The position numbers were made by a program, and so were the translations under genes. This document shows positions 58,001 through 64,000 of a stretch of 64,000 nucleotides of DNA, one piece after another; the stretch's first letter is position 1, and every line of letters begins with the position of its first letter. The stretch is from Ascidiella aspersa (lineage: Eukaryota), in contig OZ004611.1 in the NCBI GenBank assembly GCA_963924565.1, forward strand, positions 21,514,001 through 21,578,000, read 5' to 3'. Below the pieces are notes generated by a model that saw nothing but the letters and a program-made list of their open reading frames with translations, was not told the origin of the DNA and searched no databases.

Positions 58001-61000
58001 ACTAATAATGATGACAGATAATGTTTAAATACATTCGATAAAGCCTTATCTTTAAAACGTAAACACTAATTCTCATTGCGGGCCCTCTGAAACTGCTGCA
58101 CGGACCACAGTTGGTTCGCGGACCCCAGTTTGGGAACCGCTGGTGTAGATGCTATTCTATCACGAACAACAATCTATGTCGATTGGCAAAACTTACGCGA
58201 CTGCTCTTTGGGACGCAAAAAGCGCGCCTGGTCGACGTAGACACGCAGGATGTTGAGCACGTGATCGAACTCGACCGAGAAGAAGACCTGGGGTGGACGT
58301 CGCCCACTGGAGGGCGATGACGGGTCCTAAAATTAAAAAACATACGATTCAAATAATATTGCGCTATATTTAAAAAAACGCACGCAAGGATTTGCCATGT
58401 TGGAGTCGCAAACTTTAGGTTAGCGATTTTTAACTTGCGAGTAGAGCGCTTGTTTGACGGTTTTAAATGGGTTAATATTGACAACGGTATTCAATAGTCA
58501 GTTTAAAGATTAATATGAGTGCAAATTGTTATGTCATTTTATTTTTATTATTTATCAATTAAATTTCTGCCATTACGTACTAATTTATTGAAAGATTTAA
58601 CTAAAACCTATTTAGGTAAAATTGATAAGATCCGCTGCTTTAATATTAAGATAAACAGAGAAAATGTGGAAACAACACATAGGTTGTGATGAAGTAAAGA
58701 TAGCTTTCTCTTATTGGCTTCTTCAAAATTATAAAGTTTAGCTTCTTTTTGGACTTGAAAAATTAAATAAGAAAATAAAATTCATTTCATTTTTTATAAT
58801 TTATGCAATTGGGCCTTTAAAAATCTCGTTGTCCAGAGCGCATAACAAGTCCAACCAGCAACATCACACAATTGAAACCAACTGCCTTTGTTTTAACCTT
58901 GTAAAGTTTGCACAACGTGCAAAAGCGTTAGGGTTTATCGACATTACCGAAACGATGCAACATCGTCAGTTAGGCAGAGCTTTTGACAAGCTAAATAGCT
59001 AGTTAGAGAGGAAGCAATGGTTTAGGCCGGGCTGATTAATCGTTTCTGGAAACGGTTAGGATGCTGCACTTTTCCGCCCTTAAACAATGTCGAACAGGAG
59101 CGTATTGGGGGCGGGGCGCTCGTGCCGTAAGTGTTATTTCGACATGACAGTTTAACGCACTGACTTTCGCCTGCCAAAATCGAAGTTTAGGCAAGGCCAA
59201 ATATATACTGTTATTTCGTTCAACGGAAAAATTGTACCACGCTAACATGCTTTTTTGATATATACAATTAACAGTGTTGGGCCAATGCATGTTAAAATAG
59301 ATGGTTATCGTCCCACTAAAAAAAAAAGAAACAAGTTGGTAAAATAACGTGATGGTTTTTCAACTATAAAAATACGCGTCAAAAGTGGAATCTGCACTGG
59401 TAGCGCCAACGACCTTTCTAATTTGGCCTTGTTCTTGCAATACACAGAAAAAAATAAAATTCTAGGGCGGAGAAAAATTTGAAAGCAAACGAATACGTAT
59501 CTTCGGACGGCAGCCAAATATAGGTGCCGCTTCCAAAGTGATTATTTTCTCCTAATTTCCAAATTCAAATACCGAGTTTTTCGTCAAAGCGTGTCAAACC
59601 CTGTTGTTTCGTGCTAAGCCTTTGGTGACTCGTTTTCGGCAAAGGTTATAAAAAAAAGGTGACTCGTTTTCGGCAAAGGTTATCAAAGGTTATTCGAGGT
59701 CAAAAAAAAAAGGATTGCACGTTTTTTTGTTATAACTTGTTTGAGATCAGTCAGAGGCCGGAAAGGTTGATGGATTGACGCAACAATAGTTATCTAGTAT
59801 AAACAACGGCCAGTGTGGGTTCCAGAGATGTCGCATTACAAAAGGTAAAAGACTTGACAAACCCGTTTTTAGAAATGCTAGAAAATAAGTTTGTATGGAG
59901 AAACATCTGCATCTCTATTTTAACTTGACAACACCATCCAGGTGTATAATTAATCACAATCCCTAGGCCTAGACAATGCGTGCTGTAGTCTAAAACAGAC
60001 ATACACAAGCATAAAACAGACAGGTGATGCTCATCCTACTAAAATTGTATATTTGACTCGTTAGCATTGCGCGCCTGAAGGATTGTGGTTTCAAACCCAT
60101 GCGTTTTAAAAAAATTAGCTACCCGAGGGGCCTGAAGTTGATCGCAATTATATAAGCCTGTCGCCCATGTCTAAATAACTAATAAAACCGACCCTTTTAT
60201 CAACTTTATGGGCCGGGCAGAATATCAAGAAACATTTAAGTGACGGAAACTAAACGGGTTTATCAACCTTGGCGCTCGCGAAAAATTGCTGTTTTATTAC
60301 TATGTTATATATGGCTTATGTACATGCCAGTGATATAAAGGCAATAATTAAAGCAATCATACAGAGGCAAATAAAAACAGCTGTCCAATTCTGGTCGTGC
60401 AATGAATCCGCATTCTGAAAACATGCTTGATTGTTTGCAGTCACGTTTATTCTGCAGAAATGGCAAACTTGTTGTGTAAACCAATGACTTTAAAAGAGCA
60501 ATGTGTCCTAACAATTAACCAGGCCCCACTTTTGATTTAAAATAAATGTCAGGCTTAACTTGGTCTGCCATTACACAAGCATTCATGCTACACCGATGGG
60601 TCGTACGCCCCACATTATAAACCATTTCTTTATATAGAACTGACACGAATCACAAGAAAAAATACTTCATGTCTTTTTATGCCAAAATTATTTGTTTCTA
60701 CAAACATCCTAAATTAGTCCTCTTCAACTAGGATTTAGTTCACTTTTGAAGACCTAATATTTTTGATTTGAAGTCATATAAATCTTATTTTATTAAATCG
60801 AGGTCGCGATTATTTCGACAAACATCCAATTCAAAATCGCGCAAGGAGTTTGCTTCGATTTTCGATTTCAAATGACTTTACTGTCAGACCGTATATGCTA
60901 AATAGGGATTGCGAACCACTGACCCGGCATAGATCGTCAGTGACCCATTTGTAAGTATTTCTAATAATACCGAAATATAATCAAATATTTCATCACATAT

Positions 61001-61444
61001 TTGTTATACGGCCCTGCTGTCAAAAAACAAACAATATAATCCATATAAAGTGCAATTATCTATAGTTTTAAACCACGACAAGGTTCACAAAGCATGGTTA
61101 ACATTGTTTGTTCTTCATCTAAGTGAGATTCCTACTTGCGCACATGAATATTTAATTATCAACCAGGACAAAACAAATTAAATAGATTAAATAGAGCATG
61201 CAATAGGCAAGTTTGTCATCAATATTAACATTAAATTTGCTCTTATACCCATTTGTGTCCTTTAAACTAAGATTAAGGTATATTTTGTGCGATAAAACGG
61301 TTCGTCATCCCTGCACTAAATAATCAACCCCAAAAATGACAAGAATGAATACCTGGTCAAGAAACTCCGGCGAGTAGAGTCGTGGGTCTATGGATCCTGG
61401 ATCAATTGGCTTGTTCATGGAAACCAGCTGTTTTCGTTCAGCTT
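51773..61444 (-). CDS. Synaptotagmin-family gene (tandem C2A-C2B), last 7 exons; N-terminus/TM exon not identified in window
   Basis: Spliced frame of 1040 nt to TGA; motifs GSIDPRLY, DPYC...LP, NFDPHSRDE, YLPSAEKLTVVLLKARNL, DPYIRV...KKKKT...LNPTYN, WHHL. Subfamily (SYT12/15/17-like) unresolved. Confidence 0.9.
52646..52971. mobile_element. hAT (Charlie-like) MITE
   Basis: TIR CAGGGGTTCTTAAAC / GTTTAAGAACCACTG; perfect TSD GTCTAGCC. Confidence 0.9.
53060..53231 (-). CDS. Synaptotagmin C2B exon 2 (DPYIRVSIYHEGTLLKKKKTSTKKRTLNPTYNQAINFAVPLDVLPQVEIQFSVVHET)
   Basis: AG/GTGAGT; polybasic KKKKT strand. Confidence 0.92.
53706..54108. mobile_element. AAGTC-rich hAT-type MITE; copies at 48896-49374, 63027-63479, ~28880-29241, ~9530-9800
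   Basis: Termini CA(G/A)TGTTGT...ACAACACTG, many AAGTC/GACTT subterminal motifs; TSD AGGTAATT/ATGTAATT. Confidence 0.75.
54135..54267 (-). CDS. Synaptotagmin C2B exon 1 (EGIETFGDMLLRIGYLPSAEKLTVVLLKARNLSEVGIDLEQKPP)
   Basis: AG/GT; C2B start motif. Confidence 0.9.
54927..55091. mobile_element. Foldback element with a family-C hammerhead-like motif (54987-55027, + strand) in its loop
   Basis: ~30-bp arms tatactttagactt..ttgtctcagtcaa / ttgactgagacaa..aagtctaaagtata; loop holds CTGATGA-T-GCC(gtgatt)GGC-GTAA-TATA. Confidence 0.6.
55419..55553 (-). CDS. Synaptotagmin C2A exon 3 (IKFFNFDPHSRDECMGTVVQRLDEFHLDTRIDLWRKIHKLEAHEQ)
   Basis: AG/GT, phase 0-0. Confidence 0.9.
55702..55781. repeat. Hairpin element AATCAGGTGGCACTATATAAAGACAAAT...; copies at 5593-5709 and ~17553-17603
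   Basis: ~30-bp near-perfect inverted arms; same arms found at three loci. Confidence 0.75.
55977..56017 (-). ncRNA. Hammerhead-like motif (family C, GUAA variant)
   Basis: CAGAAA-CUGACGA-U-GCCU(uau)AGGC-GUAA-UAUAUA-UUUCUG; perfect 6-bp stem I. Confidence 0.6.
56771..56919 (-). CDS. Synaptotagmin C2A exon 2 (HLCDPYCTVTVLPGGNEKQSQKHRKTVDPLFQENFSFEVAKEELREKTVQ)
   Basis: AG/GTATG; DPY...LP...KT.DP.F.E.F.F motif. Confidence 0.9.
57100..57203 (-). mobile_element. SINE 3' body fragment
   Basis: tctagcccttctgaagct.ctttttgaccaacgattacggctta near-identical to 525-570. Confidence 0.65.
57483..57573 (-). mobile_element. Degenerate family-B hammerhead repeat
   Basis: Minus: attaa-CTGTTGA-T-GATAC...GTATC-GAAC-AGTC, then the family-B tail. 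Confidence 0.55.
58197..58326 (-). CDS. Synaptotagmin C2A exon 1 (DPSSPSSGRRPPQVFFSVEFDHVLNILRVYVDQARFLRPKEQS)
   Basis: AG/GTAAGT; C2 strands 1-2. Confidence 0.88.
61353..61444 (-). CDS. Synaptotagmin linker exon (EAERKQLVSMNKPIDPGSIDPRLYSPEFLDQ)
   Basis: tttgtAG/GTATT; G.I.P.LY linker motif; ends phase 0 matching next exon. Confidence 0.8.
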
Positions 61445-61621
61445 CTACAAAAAACTTAACGTTAAAATTCGACCAAGTCATGGAACCCAAATTGGTAGAT
61501 ACTGTAATCTAGCCCTGCAAGAATATTACTGTTCTTGAGAAACCACCACGGCACCGTTGCCTTCTACATCTTGATCGTGCATACAAATAATGTGGCATGC
61601 AGCGGTGCAATGGCTGTTTCT

Positions 61622-61712
61622 TGCGTTGCTCATTCGGTAGAAAAACGGTCGCGGAGGGCGTGAGTTCGAACCGCACCGCAGGCTACTTTTTGTTAGCCTT
61701 GTCTTTCTTGCA
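61622..61712 (+). mobile_element. SINE tRNA-like head fragment
   Basis: A-box-like TTGCTCATTCGG and B box GAGTTCGAACC; similar to reverse complement of 630-720. Confidence 0.6.
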
Positions 61713-63026
61713 CTACAATCCTGTTAAGTTTAACTGATCTCAGTAATAATACCTTTCCGAAGCCACCCTGTTAACATTTAAAATTGACTGCAATTTGTTT
61801 TCACCCTATTAAAAAGGTACTTTAAAATAACGGATTGATTAAAACTGATTTAATTTTAAACGGTTAATAGTAAATAAGGCCAATAACGACCTGAAAACTC
61901 TTTTGCAGTGATTTTTGCCAATTTGTTTTCAATCAGTCGTATACAATGTAAATTTGGCGCAGGTTTTGAACTGGGATTATAAATACCATAACACCATTGA
62001 AATCGATATAGGAAACCGGCCAAAACGTTAAACCACATTGATTTCGAGGATTATTTCAAGGATGAGATCGCTATGGGGCAACCAATTCATATTCAGGACT
62101 AGTCCCCATATCTCTGTTTCCAGCATTCAACCACGCATATGTGACTAATTTACTGGTTCCCACTTATACATTGCCGCCTTTAGTACTCGAGTATTTCGAA
62201 CTAGAACAATTATTTCGAACTAGAATTTTGCTCTTTTACTGGATTTTCCACCCATAGCCCATTGGTAAGCTTCTTAATTGAAGTGTTTTGTGGACGATCA
62301 GACTTAGAGTGCCACAAAATTAGTTTTTCCCACACTATGTACAGTTGACGCGATTTTTTCAATTTCGATTGTGACATGACAATAAACTACCTAGATTAAG
62401 TTACAAAAAGTGCAATATTTTCTCTAGAATTCCATGTGACAAAAGTTTTTGAACCACTGTTTAATTGATGAAAAATCCAAAAAATCAACCCGCTGAAAGG
62501 TTTCACATAATTAAATAATGCCAACGCTTAAGCTCAAGAAAAACAAATCCGATTTATGCGAGTGTCATCCATAATTCAGCAATACGAAATCGATTCTTTG
62601 GTTGATACGAGCAATCGTTTTCGATTAAGGTTTCTTTACTTTATCTCAGTCAGTCGCTATTATTTTTGACGTTCTAATTATAACGTATTGGAAAAACGGC
62701 GATTAAAGCAAGTTACAGCTTTTTTCTTTCGCTAATAGCTTTTTGTTAAGCAGGCTAACTTGAATCACGTAGTTCTCAATCTATCATAGATTAATTATTT
62801 TAGTTATAAAATATAAAAATGTACTATATTTGATTAAATGTTTTATGTTAAAATAACTATAACTACTAGGCAAGCAACTTTCTAGAATTAACTCTTTGAC
62901 CCTTTAAACCCTGTTGTTTTTTTTTTTGTTTTTTTGCAGCGGTGTAATGTGGTTGTACTCAACGTGGAAGTAATTTTCAATAACTGCTTTTATACAATGC
63001 GATTTATTTACAATGGCAATAAAAAA

Positions 63027-63479
63027 CAGTGTTGTTATGACTTAAGTCAGTGACTCGACTTAAGTGCACTTACGGCACTAGTTTTAAATGAGTTGACTTG
63101 ATAAGTCTTTTCGGCTAAATGACCTGATTTTACTTAAGTCTTTCGGACAAATAAGGACATTTTGAAAGTATTTGGGAAAAAAGACTTGGGTTGAAATAAA
63201 GTGTTTTCATTAAGAATTTTTATGGTAACATTAGGTTATCTATCTTAATTTGTGCTCGTAAATTTCGCGTTTTTGTTATTTTCTATTTGAGTTATTGCTC
63301 ATAATCGGGCGAGACCAATTGTTAAAGTTTATCGTTTAATATTGATGAAAAGGACTGGAATTGCTTTACTAGTGACTTGACTGGGACTTGACTTGCTATT
63401 TATTCGAAAAGATTATTTTACAAATGACTTCAGTTCGATAGGACTGGAGTAATTTTAAAACGACATGTTTGCAACACTG
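63027..63479. mobile_element. AAGTC-rich MITE (opposite orientation)
   Basis: CAGTGTTG / CAACACTG termini; GACTT repeats. Confidence 0.7.
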
Positions 63480-63550
63480 AAAAATTCTGATTATTGTACA
63501 GTTAGGTTTGAGCAGTGTTCATGTTTTATGTGCATGGCACCAGAAATCAG

Positions 63551-63997
63551 CAGGGTTGCCAGATGAAAAAAATAAAAAAAGCTTACTCTAAAAAAAGGCC
63601 AAAAAAAGCCAAATCTACTGCAAACTCTAACAAGTCTATTTTTTCCTCAAATAAATAAAAAATGCAATAAATGGTCATGCTGGTACATTGAATTTCTCTT
63701 TTTGTGGCAAATTTTCTTAATTTTGTTTTCTTTTTGGAATTTTTCTTGGCAATTTTTTTTTGTTTTCGCAAATTTTTCTTAGCAATTTTTCTCTTTTTGT
63801 GATATTTTTTGGAAATTTTTTCTCTTTTTGTGCTAGTTTGATCTCTTCTTAACATAACACTCATGACATTTTGGAATAAAACGAAAAAAGCCTAAAAAAG
63901 CCAAATTTCATTTGTTTGAAAAAATAAAATCCAAAGAGGTTCAAAAAAAGCCTAAATTTTCAAATTTGGCTTTAAAAAATCCTAACTGGCAACCCTG
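63551..63997. mobile_element. hAT MITE (CAGGGTTGCCAG termini)
   Basis: 12-bp TIR; left flank GAAATCAG, right flank begins GAA at window edge. Confidence 0.8.
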
Positions 63998-64000
63998 GAA

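Noticed and set aside
58940-58980. GAAA-CGATG(caa)CATCG-TC resembling hammerhead stem III
   Set aside because: No CUGANGA box on the same strand in the right position.
59622-59683. Short perfect tandem duplications (also 26560-26618, 49858-49900, 62192-62225)
   Set aside because: Ordinary slippage duplications in non-coding DNA.
63583-63864. Lys-rich ORF
   Set aside because: Lies inside a T-rich hAT MITE.

Overview
AT-rich, intron-dense animal genomic DNA. The compact 0.4-1.5 kb introns and dense MITEs are consistent with an invertebrate chordate such as a tunicate, but that is inference only. Two spliced genes lie on the minus strand, and both run off the window. (1) 38330 down to <194: a large secreted protein assembled by hand from 38 GT-AG exons with consistent phase (5350 nt, about 1783 aa so far). 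It has a signal peptide, an RRRR site, one VWA domain with a degenerate MIDAS, then 17 complete fibronectin type-III repeats and half of an 18th. From repeat 3 onward every exon is phase 1-1 and the domains are split into ~78-nt and ~190-nt half-domain exons. (2) >61444 down to 51773: the last 7 exons of an atypical synaptotagmin (C2A + C2B, Ca2+ ligands partly lost). Introns and the intergenic region carry hAT and Harbinger-type MITEs, tRNA-derived SINE pieces and foldback elements. They also carry at least three families of minimal type-I hammerhead-ribozyme motifs of the kind linked to Penelope-like elements. One intact copy is sense to the FN3 pre-mRNA, and one family shares a non-canonical GUAA core. 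All coordinates were counted by eye.
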